From an uncultured Acidobacteriaceae bacterium (GTDB lineage Bacteria; Acidobacteriota; Terriglobia; Terriglobales; Acidobacteriaceae): a stretch of 64,000 bases of DNA. Below are positions 47,450-59,107 of the stretch, in pieces. Both the position numbers and the translations under genes were made by a program. The notes under the pieces are model-generated. The model searched no databases. It saw nothing but the letters and a program-made list of their open reading frames with translations, and was not told where the DNA came from. Where the stretch lies: assembly GCA_963810955.1 (NCBI GenBank), contig CAWEPW010000043.1:37034-101033 (forward strand), in the 5' to 3' direction. Every line of letters begins with the position of its first letter. The stretch's first letter is position 1.

Positions 47450-50400
47450 TGATGTCATGGCGTAGATTCGCGGGCTGGACGTTGACGGCGCTCGGCGTGT
47501 TGCTGCTGGTTGGGGCGCTGGGCGGATACCTGTTTCTCGAGAGCAACAGTTTCCGGAGAACGGCAATACGCACAATCGTCAAGGACGCGAATGAGGCCAC
47601 TGGCGGCAGAACTGAGATTGGCGGTCTTGACATTCAGCTATCGACGCTGACTGCGCGCCTTTACAACATCACGCTGCATGGCACGGAGTCGCCTGCGCAA
47701 CCGCCCTTGCTGAGGATCGACAAACTTACCGTTGGCATAAGAATTGAGTCACTGCTGCGCCGGAAGGTCAGTTTCGGTGAGCTTGAAATCGAACACCCGG
47801 TTGCCCATGTGTTCGTCGACCTGCAGGGACACAGCAACATTCCATCACCACCACCAACGGCGAGCAATTCGACTGGCAGGCAAACGAATGTTTTCGATCT
47901 GGCCGCCCGGCATGTGCTGCTGACTGGCGGAGAAATCACCTACAACGACACGACGACTCCTTTGGAGGCCGAGCTTTACGGTCTGCGAACCGAGATAGGC
48001 TTCGATCCGCTCGCCACGCGTTACCACGGATCCATTTCATACAGCAGCGGACTGCTGCGCTATGCGAATGACGCTCCTTTCCAACACAGTCTGGACGCCA
48101 ATTTTGATGCGACTCCCTCGCGCTTTACGCTTGATTCGGCAAAGTTGAACGTCGGGTCATCCGCGATATCCCTGCACGCCGAACTCGCCGACTACAGCAA
48201 TCCTACGATTGAAGGCGAATACGATATTCGCATTCACACGCAGGACTTCGCGGCGATGGCGCAACCCATCATCCCTGCGGGCGATCTCTCGCTGGCCGGC
48301 ACTCTTCATTATCACAGGGTAAGCGATCAGCCGCTGTTGCAGAACATTGCGTCTAATGGACAAGTCGAGAGCGCCAGGCTCGTCATCCGGTCAAGCGACG
48401 GGCAGGTCGACGTGCGTAAGCTGCAGGGCAAATATCAGCTTTTGAACGGGGTGTTACAGCTGCACGACATGGCCTTTAATGCGCTCGACGGACGCGTAGT
48501 CTCCGACGTCGGGATTCAGAATCTTGATAAACTTCCCATCGCACATTTGCGAACCACAATGACCGGAATTTCTTTGCGGAGTGTGCAGCACGCTGTGCGC
48601 AAATTGGGCGTCCCCCCCTTGGAGTTACTCGGCAAAGTCGATGGGACTGTCGAAGCTTCATGGACAGATAACATCAGCAATATCCGAGCACATACCGATC
48701 TGCGTGTCCTGGCTCCCGCGAGCAGCGAGCTCTCCTCAAAGGCAATTCCGCTGAGTGGAGCCATTCACGCGTCTTACGACGGATCTCGGAATATCATCGG
48801 CCTTTCTCAAACTACGCTCCATATTCCTTCGCTAACTATCGATGCTCAGGGGCAGCTCGGTAGCCGTTCGAATTCGAATCTGCAGATTCGCGGAAACGCC
48901 AGCGATCTGCATCAACTGTCGGAATTGCTGGGAGCGCTTCGCGGAGGGCACGCTCCGACCGAGATTACCGGTGCGGCTTCCTTTCAAGCCGTGGTACGAG
49001 GCTCGATGCAAAAGCCCACTCTGACGGGGCAGGTGGAAGCCCATAACCTCCAGGTCGAAGGCAGCGAGTGGAGCAGCGCCAGTTTCAAGGTCCAGGCAAG
49101 TTCTTCGGAAATCGTGTTGCAAGAGGCTGGTCTGGTCAGCGCTCATCAGGGCAACGCGTCGCTAAGCGCTCATGTTGGATTGACTAACTGGTCTTATCTG
49201 CCTTCGAGTCCAATCTCGGGAAGCCTGGCCGTGCAACGCCTGTCTATCGCCGACTTACAACATCTGGCTAACTTGCACTATCCCGTTTCCGGCGACTTAT
49301 CGGCTAAGATTTTCTTCCACGGTTCTCAACTCCAACCGGCCGGGAATGGAACGGCGACAATCGACAATGCTCGCGCATATGGCGAAGCGGTTCACCATTT
49401 CGCAGCGACTTTCCGAACGAATCAGGATTCATTGGTCTCGACGTTGGAGGTCATCATGCCCGCAGGCTCGGCCAGGGGCACAATCTCCTATACTCCAAAG
49501 ACAAAGGCGTACAGAGTGCGGCTTGATGCTCCGTCAGTTGCTTTGCAGAAATTGCAAATAGTTGAGGAGAAGAATCTTGGAATCGCAGGGACGCTGCAGG
49601 CAGCCGCCAGCGGTGAGGGAACGTTAGACAATCCGCAGTTAACGGCGACCGTTGCAATACCTCGATTGCAGCTGCGCGATAAATCGATCTCGCAATTAAA
49701 GGGAGAACTGCACATCACGAATGAGCGCGCGGAGTGGACGCTTGATTCAAATGTAGCTCAAGCTTCGGTTCGTTCCCGCGGCACGGTCAATCTAGCTGGA
49801 GATTATTACGCCGAAGCGACGATCGATACTGGCGATGTGTCCCTCAATCCCCTGCTGGCGATGTATGTACCCAATTTGCCGCCGGGCTTTCAGGGCGAAA
49901 CGGAACTGCATGCCACTCTAAAAGGCCCGTTGAAGGATAAATTGAGAATCGAGGCCCACGTCACGATTCCTATGCTGAAGGCGAGTTACCAATCCCTGGA
50001 AATCGGCGCCACCAGCCCGATTCGAGTGGACTACGATCATTCCGTCATCATGCTGCAGCCGGCCGAAATTCACGGCACCGCGACGTCTCTTCGATTGCAA
50101 GGGAATATTCCGCTCAATGGAAGTTCGGTCACCCACGCTCAGCGCTCAGGGCTCGGTGGATTTACGAATCATTCGCATACTGGAGCCTGATGTGCAGAGC
50201 TCGGGCACTCTTTTGCTTGACCTTCATGCCTCGGGGAGCGCCACGAACCCTGCAGTTCAAGGGCAAGTTCATCTTCGAGACGTTGCTTTGTCCACTCCTT
50301 CCGCTCCACTCGGGGTGCAGAACCTTAGCGGCGATCTAGACATCAGCAACAGCACCATACAGGTATCCAAACTCGCGGGAGAAGTCGGAGGCGGCCAGAT

Positions 50401-51374
50401 GTCTTTGGGCGGTTCAATTTCTTACCGGCCTAAACTCCAGTTCAACCTAACCATGCAGAGCGAATCGGTTCGATTGCTCTATCCCAATGGAATCAGGACG
50501 GTGCTGGATGGGAACCTGGCTCTGAACGGGACGAAGGACGCATCGACACTAAATGGCCGCGTGCTCATCGACAGTCTTTCGTTTACACCCGATTTTGATC
50601 TGGCAAAGTTCAGCTCTCAATTCGGTGAAAGCAGCCTGCCCGCCCAGCCGCGGCTTGCCGATAACATTAGACTTGCTATCAGTTTGCAGTCCAAGGGAGA
50701 TCTTAGCGCGAACAGTTCCCAAGTCAGCTTGGCAGGGCAAGTGAACCTGCAGGTGACCGGCACGGCGGCAAACCCCGTAATTATTGGTCGAACCGATCTG
50801 ACATCCGGAGAGGTTTTTTACCGTAATGTCAGGTACCAGTTGGAGCGCGGAATCATTACCTTCGACAATCCCAACGAGACAGAGCCGGTGTTGAACATCG
50901 CCGCCACCACGACCATTGAACAATACAATTTGACCATTGCGGTGCGAGGAACGTTCGACAAGTTATTGACCACTTACACCTCTGATCCGCCGCTGGCTAC
51001 CGCAGACGTCATCAACCTTATTGCCCAGGGACATACCACCCAGGACCAGAATGCCGGCCAGTCAAAGTACGGATTCGATAATTGCTTCTCAGGTTACAAG
51101 CCAGGTTACCAGCAGCATTCAGCAACTGGCGGGTATTTCCAGTTTGCAAATTGACCCGCTGTTGGGCGGAAACAATCAGAATCCCTCCGCGCGGGTTGCG
51201 CTTCAGCAGCGCGTGTCCAAGAATTTCTTGTTTACGTTTTCGACTGATCTCTCGCAACCCGGCACCGAAGTCGTGGAAGGCGACTACCAACTGAACAAAC
51301 ACTGGTCGGTCAGCGTTACGCGAAATGAAGTAGGAGGAATCTCGGTCGACGGAAGGTATCGCAAGAAGTTTTGA
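47449..51374 (+). CDS. tamB: TamB-like translocation and assembly module protein (DUF490 C-terminus), present as three ORFs in different frames (47446-50190, 50117-51154, 51021-51374)
   Basis: N-terminal membrane anchor MMSWRRFAGWTLTALGVLLLVGALGGYLF. Long repetitive beta-rich body. C-terminus ..LFTFSTDLSQPGTEVVEGDYQLNKHWSVSV. The start overlaps the Omp85 stop. Confidence 0.7.
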
Positions 51375-51387
51375 TACAGAGCTCGAT

Positions 51388-52266
51388 CTACGGGGAGGGT
51401 TTAGCCGGGTGCAGCTCGGCATGATTCGCCTTGGCCAACTCCGCATTCAGTTCGCCGCCGGCTAGAAAAATAAAGTGTGCCCAATAAAGCCAGGTCATCA
51501 AAGCCATTACCCCACCTAGAGCTCCATAGATTCGGTTGTAGTTCTCGAAATATCGAAAGTAGATGCCAAGCAGAAACGACAGCCCCATCCAGCCGGCAAG
51601 GCAGAGGATGGCGCCCGGCAACGTAGATAGGAATCTTTGTTTAACGTTGGGAGCCAGCAGATAAATCATCTGCATAGCCACCACCGCGGATACAACCGCG
51701 ATAGCCCCGTGGATGAGCGGCCAGAATAAGAGGAAGACTCCGGACATGCGGAAGTAGCCGGCTAGCCGCGCACCCAGCTGTGGACCCAGCACCAGTGCAG
51801 CAATGGCGATCATGAGCAAAAAGCCGGTGACAACTGCCAACCAAACAGCCAGAAGGCGAGTCTTCCACATGGGGCGGTGGTCGATCACGTCGTAGGCAGT
51901 GTCCAGAGCGTCGATCATCTCATCGAAAGCTGAAGATACCACCCAAAGAGTGCCTATGGTTCCCAGCGAAAGCCACGCGCGCAGATTCGCACCGAGCACG
52001 CCTATCAGAACCGAATAGACGATTGGCATAGTACCTCCCGGCAATACTCGCGCCATCGCGGCCAGGGCATCCTGGAAAAAGTTGGGAAGTGGAATGTAGG
52101 CCATGACCGCGGAGAGCAAAATCAGCGCCGGAAAAATAGACAGGATCGAGTAGTAGGAGAGCGCAGCGGCGGCCTGAAAAGTCTGGTTCTTGATTACGTC
52201 ATTAGAGGCGCGGGCGATCGCATGTCTATAGTTCGCAAATGTCACAGGTTTGAGATGCATTTTCAA
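51388..52266 (-). CDS. YihY/BrkB family membrane protein
   Basis: AAALSYYSILSIFPALILLSAVMAY and 6 TM helices. Confidence 0.7.
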   Translation of the reverse strand: MKMHLKPVTFANYRHAIARASNDVIKNQTFQAAAALSYYSILSIFPALILLSAVMAYIPLPNFFQDALAAMARVLPGGTMPIVYSVLIGVLGANLRAWLSLGTIGTLWVVSSAFDEMIDALDTAYDVIDHRPMWKTRLLAVWLAVVTGFLLMIAIAALVLGPQLGARLAGYFRMSGVFLLFWPLIHGAIAVVSAVVAMQMIYLLAPNVKQRFLSTLPGAILCLAGWMGLSFLLGIYFRYFENYNRIYGALGGVMALMTWLYWAHFIFLAGGELNAELAKANHAELHPAKPSP

Positions 52267-52431
52267 CCATACAATGCGCGTTGCTCTGCAGAATGCATAA
52301 TCGCCTCCATCCCAGCACGCAACCGACGCGGGGGTTGGTTTTCGATCTAAGGCCGCCGGGCAACCTCCTCCGACGACAATTAATCCTAGAGCGGCAGCCT
52401 TGAGAGATGCATACCCCTGAAGGCCAAGGCA

Positions 52432-52541
52432 AATGGTGCCATCGTAATTGGCGCGGAAATTTCTGGACCTGCGGCCGCTTGCAAGCTGGCCAGTTCGGGC
52501 CTTCCGGTGACGGTGTTCGAGCCGCGGAATCGGATTCTCTG
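52432..52541 (+). pseudogene. Isolated fragment resembling the N-terminal Rossmann fold of an FAD-dependent oxidoreductase, with a degenerate GxGxxG (GAEISG) and no start codon
   Basis: AIVIGAEISGPAAACKLASSGLPVTVFEPRNRIL then a stop. An in-frame stop lies just upstream, with no ATG, GTG or TTG start. Confidence 0.3.
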
Positions 52542-52591
52542 AGAAGAGCCACAGATCTCAATTTGTGAAATGGGGAACTGCACGATTCCCT

Positions 52592-53341
52592 TCAGATCGA
52601 CTTCACCGGGATAGCCACCACATCCTCTACCAGCGCGACTTCCTTCTGCACGAACGGCTCGGCATATGTGACCCCGCCGAGCAAGCCGTAATAGCGGGCC
52701 ATGGATTCTATGCGCGCGCGAATTTCCTTTTGCGCGGGGAAGATTCCGCTGCCTGCTTCCTGGTCGGTGAATTGCGATTTGTAGGCCATGAGTGAGGCGA
52801 GGCGCGTCTCAAACTGGTCGGTAATGTCTACGACAAACGTAGGCCGCACGTCGCGGTAAAGGCTGGCATAAATAATTTTGAAGGGACGATGAGGCGCAGC
52901 CGAAGCCACTGTGGGATCGCTGAGGGCTGATGGCTGTTGGCTGACGGCTAACTTGGCAAGTCCCGACAAAAACGCCGCTTCATATCCGAGGATCGAGGCG
53001 GTGTAGTGATCGGGATGACGGCCCTCCCAGTAAGGGAGAATCAGCACCCGCGGCCGCTGTTCGCGCAGCACGCGAACGACTCTCAAGCGATTTTCCCAGG
53101 TATTTTCGACGCGCCCGTCGGGAATATCGAGCGCCTGGCGCCACGAAACTTTCAGGATGCGAGCCGCCTCAGCGGCTTCGCTGGCACGGTCTTCGGCGGT
53201 GCCGCGTGTTCCCATCTCGCCTTGCGTGAGGTCGAGGATGCCGGTGCGGTATCCGCGCTCGGCCATTTTAAGCAGGGTGCCGGCGCAGGTTTGTTCCACG
53301 TCGTCGCGGTGCGCGGCTAGGGCGAGAATGTCTATGGGCAT
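52592..53341 (-). CDS. PIG-L/LmbE family N-acetylglucosaminyl deacetylase (BshB1-like)
   Basis: ILALAAHRDDVEQTCAGTL..RVLILPYWEGRHPDH. Confidence 0.7.
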   Translation of the reverse strand: MPIDILALAAHRDDVEQTCAGTLLKMAERGYRTGILDLTQGEMGTRGTAEDRASEAAEAARILKVSWRQALDIPDGRVENTWENRLRVVRVLREQRPRVLILPYWEGRHPDHYTASILGYEAAFLSGLAKLAVSQQPSALSDPTVASAAPHRPFKIIYASLYRDVRPTFVVDITDQFETRLASLMAYKSQFTDQEAGSGIFPAQKEIRARIESMARYYGLLGGVTYAEPFVQKEVALVEDVVAIPVKSI

Positions 53342-53344
53342 AAA

Positions 53345-53465
53345 AGCGTCGTTCGTCGTCAGTCTTTTGTCGTTCGCGCAGGTCTACCCATTGCAGGTCT
53401 GCTGTAGGTCTCAGAATTTTAGAATGCCAACGACTGACGACTAACGACCATCGACCAACGACCGC
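53345..53465. repeat. Inverted-repeat element with heptad GTCGTYR and ACGACYR arms around a core holding three AGGTCT repeats; second member of the family seen at 5613-5707
   Basis: gcgtcgttcgtcgtcagtcttttgtcgttcgcg caggtctaccc attg caggtctgctg taggtctca...ccaacgactgacgactaacgaccatcgaccaacgaccgc. Confidence 0.75.
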
Positions 53466-53467
53466 TC

Positions 53468-54316
53468 CTACGCTGCCGGTTTCGTTGTGCGGCGATTCGC
53501 CAGCACAAAGGCCAGCCCGAACATGAAGAGCGAAAAGAGCACCAGGGTCAAAATCGATGCGGTCAGCGAAAAGTCGAACGAGAATGAACTGGGCGCTCCG
53601 GGATACATTAGTATGCGCAGAGCTTCGACGCCATAGGTCAAAGGATTGGCATACATGAGCCAGCGAATCCATCCCGAGGCTTTGGAAATAGGAAAGAGCG
53701 CTCCGGAAAGCAGCCAGAGCGGAATTAGAAATAAGTTGATGATGGCGTGAAAGGCTGCAGTGGAATCCATGGGCCAGGCGATAGCAAAACCGAGCGCGGT
53801 TAACGCAAACGACACCAGGAATACGGTGAGTGCGATCAAGCCGAACGAGCCAAGCGTCATGTGTATGCCGACGAAGGGTGAGAAGATGAGGAAAATCAAT
53901 CCCTGGGCGGCTGCGAGCGTCGTGCCGCCTAACACCTTTCCCAGAACAATGGCGGCGCGCGGAACGGGCGCGACCATCACGGAAAGCAGGAACCCCTCGT
54001 TGCGGTCTTCGATCACCGACATCATGGTGAAGATCGAGGTGAAAAGCACGATCATGACCAGCGTTCCCGGATAGAAATAATCCAGATAGTTCTGCTGGCC
54101 GGCGGCCTGCCCGGAACGGAATGATGTTCCGAAGCCGGAGCCGAGGACGAGCCAGAACAAAAGCGGAGAAAGGATTACGCCCACCACGCGCGCTTTTTGC
54201 CGATAGAAGCGTATGACTTCACGCCACCAGAGCGTGAAAGCGGGGAGCAGAACTCCGGCAGACACGGGAGCAGTTGTGGTGGCGGTCGCGGGAAAGTTTG
54301 CCGTCTGGGTAGACAT
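53468..54316 (-). CDS. ABC-2 type transporter permease (no adjacent ATPase gene in the window)
   Basis: Six predicted TM helices; ABC-2 permease-like. ATG at 54316 inside track ORF 53468-54364. Confidence 0.6.
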   Translation of the reverse strand: MSTQTANFPATATTTAPVSAGVLLPAFTLWWREVIRFYRQKARVVGVILSPLLFWLVLGSGFGTSFRSGQAAGQQNYLDYFYPGTLVMIVLFTSIFTMMSVIEDRNEGFLLSVMVAPVPRAAIVLGKVLGGTTLAAAQGLIFLIFSPFVGIHMTLGSFGLIALTVFLVSFALTALGFAIAWPMDSTAAFHAIINLFLIPLWLLSGALFPISKASGWIRWLMYANPLTYGVEALRILMYPGAPSSFSFDFSLTASILTLVLFSLFMFGLAFVLANRRTTKPAA

Positions 54317-54450
54317 CGCTTCTAGTCTAGCAGCGTTAAGGCGCCGGTCGCAGCTTTCCCTCAATCTCCCAGCCTTAGGAAGCGCGTGCTTTGTAGTCAG
54401 GTACTCTCAGTTCAGCAATGGCCGGCGAGACGCTGGCGCTACTGGACTCT

Positions 54451-55693
54451 CTAACGTCCCAGCGCCTCGATCATCTTTTGCGCCTGCGCATGTCCGGGAT
54501 GCTGTTTGAGCAGATCGAGCAGCACGGCTCGGGCTTTCTCGGGCGCGCCCTCCAGGGCATAAACTCGCGCCAGATTCAGGTAGGACTGATCGAAGGCAGG
54601 CGCCACGCGGATGCTCTCTTCAAAACTTGCCACGGCGTCATTGCGCCGCTGTGTGCGCAGGTAAAGAATCCCGAGATTGTTGAGCGCCTCGGGATAGACG
54701 GGACGGAGTTTCAGCGCCTTCTGCAGAAAATCAAACGCCTGCGCCGTGTCGTCACTCTGCGCAAAGACCATGCCCAATCCATAATTTGCCTCAGCATCGC
54801 TCGAGTCAACTTCCAGCGCGCGCTCGTAAGTTTTGCGAGCATCGTCCCAGAGCTTCTGCTGGCGATAAGCGCTGCCGAGGTTATTAAGCGCAATCAGGTG
54901 ATCGGGACTCAGCTTGAGCGCCCGGCGAAAGTCATCGATCGCCTCGTCAGTGCGCCCGTCGCGCGCGGAAAGCAAGCCCAGGTTGTTCCAAGAATTTGCC
55001 ATGGTCTCGGGATAGCTCGCGCGAAGTTTAAGCGCTGCTTCAAAACTCCGCCGGGCCTCGGCCGTTTTCTGCTGATTCAGATACACGCTGCCGATGCCAT
55101 AGAGAGCCTCGGCGCTCGAAGGGTCGTCACGCAATGCAATCTGAAACGACGCTGCCGCCTGATCCATGTAGCCGCGCTGAAACAACACGGAGCCATAAGA
55201 GCGATAATTGCGCCCAAACTCGACCGTGTCGGTCACTCCGGGAAAGGGCAATCCTCTGGCTAAGCGCTCCGCGCCGGTTTGGGGGATGTTTCGAAAATCG
55301 TAGTCAACGTGGTCGGCATCGACTGGACCTTGATAGACCTTGACGATCTCGCCTTTGGCGTTAACCAGAAACGATGTAGGCAGTGCGAGATCGCGATGGC
55401 GATCAAAAAGGTAACGATAGAGAATGTTGTAGACGGCAGCCACGTCGGGCGACCCGAGCAGGATCGGAAACGCACAGCCCTTGCTGCCGCGCCAATGCCG
55501 TGATGCGCGCCGTATCGGATGGCTCGTCCAGATTCACCGAGAGTAGCTGCAGACCATGCGCCGACCAACTGGCGTGGCGCTGATTGAAGACGAGCCAGTC
55601 TTTCTTGCACTGCTCCGCTTCGGAAGCCCAGAGGTTAAGCAGCACCGGCTTTCCCCGCAGGGAAGATAGAGTGACCATCTTTCCCTCTAACAT
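54451..55693 (-). CDS. TlpA-like thioredoxin-fold domain fused to TPR repeats, split across two frames near 55440-55500
   Basis: KPVLLNLWAS (redoxin) in ORF 55403-55693. PTSFLVNAKGEIVKVYQG followed by about seven TPR units in ORF 54451-55443. Confidence 0.5.
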
Positions 55694-55717
55694 CGGAAAG
55701 AGAAAAATCTGGCGCCT

Positions 55718-58418
55718 CTATTGGCGCCAGCAGCCAGGTTTCGGCGATTGCAGGCAGCATTTCGATGGCTGACCGGCTGCCTGTGTTGTCTTGGCGTCAG
55801 TGGACCGGGTGCGGTCGGAATCACTTGTGAAGGCCTCGAAGCGAAGTACCTCGGAGCCTTCTTCCACTAATACGCGGTGGTTGACCGGCAGATCGCGGAG
55901 TTCCTGCACCGCTCCGCTCGGCCAGCGGATCGAGGCGTGCACCGGGCCAACCGCTGCACCCAAGCCAAAGTAGAGGTCTTTGCTGTGCTGCGAAAGGAAT
56001 CCCGATCCGGCTTGCAGCGATCTGACCTGTAACGATTGAGTTTGGCGCCCCACCTGAGTTTCCAGTATGACCACCGCGCCGATCGCGTCGCGATTGCTTT
56101 TTGTGCCGCGCAGGCGGAAGGCGATGGATGGAGGCAGATTCTCCATCGCATTTTTTAAGAGCCTCAGCTGCGGCGCATTGCGGTTCTTGAGAAATATTTC
56201 TTGACGGCCGTCGTGATCGAAATCCGCGAGCGCAAAGGCGCGACCATCTTCTGGGAAGTCGAGGCCTATGACGCCCGAGACATCGGAAAACGTTCCATCT
56301 CCGTTGTTCGCGTAGAAAACATTTCGCTCGTAGCCACTCCACGTGCCATCGGCGCGGATCAATTCGTTGATCGCACTCCAGCCTTGTTCGTATTGCTGCG
56401 ACGGCTTCGCGTCATTGGGAGAATTGGCGACGACCTGCCGCCAGAAAAAACTGTTCAGGTCTTCAGCAGAGCGCGAGGGCCCGCTGACAAAGCCGTTGGT
56501 GATGTAGAGATCGGGAAATCCGTCATGGTCGAAATCCCAGGCATCGCTCGACCAGGCCCAGCGGCCGACGCCGACTCCGGCGGATTGCGTCGTGTCTTCA
56601 AAAGAACGCGCTTCCCTCTCGGAGCCCCTTGCGGGAAATATTTTTGAACAGCGAATTGCCCATGGCGTGTTTGTGATAGAGTGCGCGCGTTTCCGGAGGC
56701 GCATTTTTCTGGAAGATATCTTGCGTCGAAATCCGCTCGCCAGCCGCTGTCCACATGTTGGCGACGTAGAGGTCTTCCGAGCCGTCGTTGTTATTGTCAT
56801 AGTCGAAGCAGCAGACGCTCATGCCCGCGCCGATGTCTTCAACCCCCGCTTGCCGGGCGATATCGGTGAAGGTTCCGTCGCCATTGTTGCGGTAGAGATT
56901 TTTCCGTCCGAAATCGTTGACCACGTAGAGATCGGGCCAGCCGTCGCCGTTGAAATCGTTCCAGGCGCAGCAAAAGCTATAGCGCGTGTTGTTTTGGTTG
57001 AGGCCGGTCTCGGCGGTTACGTCGCGAAACGTGCCATCGCGCTGGTTCCGCATCATGAAATTCGGCGGACCATTTTCGGCCGCATAATAAGGAGACGGAT
57101 ACTTGTACTGATCCGCGCCCTGGTAATAGACGTAGAGGCAGAAATAAATATCTAGCCATCCGTCGCGGTCATAATCGGCAACCGCAGCGCCTGTGAAAGT
57201 CCCTTGCGGCGGAGTGGCAAACTGAAACGCATTAGCTTTCTGCCGGAACTTGCCGCCCCCTTCGTTCAGGAATAGCATCGGACCGCTGGCGCGCACGACG
57301 ATCAAATCCTGCCGTCCATCGTTATCGATGTCCACAAAAAGAGCGCATGCTGTATTTTCGATAACGCCAACGCCCGACGCTTCCGTAATGTCCTCGAAAG
57401 TGCCGTCGCCGCGATTGCGATAAAGGCGGTTGGGAAGTCCACCCGGCTGGCAGACGTATAGATCGTCAAATCCATCGCCATCGATGTCGCCAACTGAAAC
57501 GCCATTATGCCCATAGATATCGATGCCGCAAGCGCCATCGAGCACGGTGCGCCAGTAGTCGGTGCCGTGCATAAGCTGCGCGGCATAAGACGCATTGCCG
57601 CCGAGCGCCGCGGCCGTGATGTCGATATAGGCGGGCGCGGAACCCATGTAGCGGCTCTGAGTTTCGTCCAGTGTCTCCCAGCGGCGAACGCGAACCTCAC
57701 CCGATGCCGACCGTTGCCACGCGATCTGCCAATGCCCGAGGCTCTGCTGGCGATAGAAACCATTGCCGGTGGCAACCCACTCATAGCGTATGCGCGTCTG
57801 CAACTCGGCGGGAGATGCCTCCTCCGCTGATATCGAATGAGCGCCGGTCGAGCCAGCACCGGTCTCGGCGTCAATGCTCGTCACCTGAAATTCAGCGGTA
57901 AGAATTTTCGAAAAGCTGCTCAGTGCCCGACGCAGCTCCTCTAAAAACTTGTCGCGCCCGAGTTCAGTCGCATCCTGGAACGATTGGCGGCGAACCTCGA
58001 TGGCCGCGCTTTGGCGTATCAACCTCGAATCGATCACACGCAGAGAAGCTCCCGAGAAATTCGGCAGAAGAACATTCTCAATGGCACTTATATCTTGCGG
58101 AGAATGCAGCAGTCCTGAACTCCATTGCGCAAGAATCGCTGCAATCTCGTCGGCGTATTTTTCCGTAACAAAATCGTCGAGGCCCGCTTGCGTCTTGAGC
58201 AGCAGGGCATCGAGAGGCCCGGGCATCTTATAGTGAGGATGCAGATGGAATTCCGTTGCCGACGCAGATGCTTCGGCGGGGTCAACAGCATTGAGAAAAG
58301 GCCAGCCGCGACCACCGACGCCTGCAGGTATCAGCATCACTGAGGCGCTTTGGCAGAACTGAATCAGGAAGTCGCGTCGACTATATTCCACGGAGCCGGG
58401 AGCGGCCAGTGATCGCAT
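55718..58418 (-). CDS. CRTAC1-family protein (FG-GAP/VCBS repeats plus ASPIC/UnbV C-terminal domain), split across two frames near 56600-56800
   Basis: Repeated DxDGDGxxDLYV motifs (DIDGDGFDDLYV, DFNGDGWPDLYVVN, DFDHDGFPDLYITN). C-terminal UnbV-like block GSGFLSQHSKDLYFGLG. Confidence 0.6.
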
Positions 58419-58723
58419 CTTAGCTGCTCTATTCAGAACGATGTCTCCCGGATGCCCACTGGTGGCCTGAAATTAACACCCTCACAAAAGCGCGTCAAGA
58501 TTTGGAGTCGCGCAATTTGCGAAGTGCTTAACCACCAAGACCACGAGGTTGCACGAAAAAAACAAACACACCCCCATTGACCGCCTGCAAACATAACTCT
58601 GAACCTTTCAATAATTGCGCTGCCGACGCTGGCCAGGCGTTACAATGGCCCACTCTTGTTCTGGAGCAAAACGGTTTGGTTAAGCCAGGAAAAGTCCGGC
58701 CAGCGAAAAAAATCTCGCCCGCC

Positions 58724-59107
58724 ATGCGCGAGCGCCTTTTGCGTGCCGCGCGCAATGTCATACAAAACGCCTACGCTCCCTTCTCCAACTTCAGAGTCGG
58801 AGCGGCCATTTTAACTTCGAACGGCGAGGTCTTTGTGGGATGCAACGTCGAAAATGCATCTTACGGAATGACCAACTGCGCCGAGCGTACAGCGATCTTT
58901 TCGGCAGTTGCGAAACTCGGTCCGGAACTTGAAGTCACAGCCGTCGCCGTCGCCAACGATCACGGTGTTCCCTGCTCCCCTTGTGGAGCTTGCCGCCAGG
59001 TCATCTATGAATTTGGGCCGCGCGCTGTCATCTTTTACCAGGGCAAAAAGGGCCCAAAGCAAAGCCAGATCACCGATCTTTTGCCGGAGGGTTTTCGCCT
59101 GAAGTGA
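58724..59107 (+). CDS. cdd: Cytidine deaminase
   Basis: CNVENASYGMTNCAERTAIF ... PCGACRQV zinc-binding motifs. Confidence 0.8.
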   Translation: MRERLLRAARNVIQNAYAPFSNFRVGAAILTSNGEVFVGCNVENASYGMTNCAERTAIFSAVAKLGPELEVTAVAVANDHGVPCSPCGACRQVIYEFGPRAVIFYQGKKGPKQSQITDLLPEGFRLK

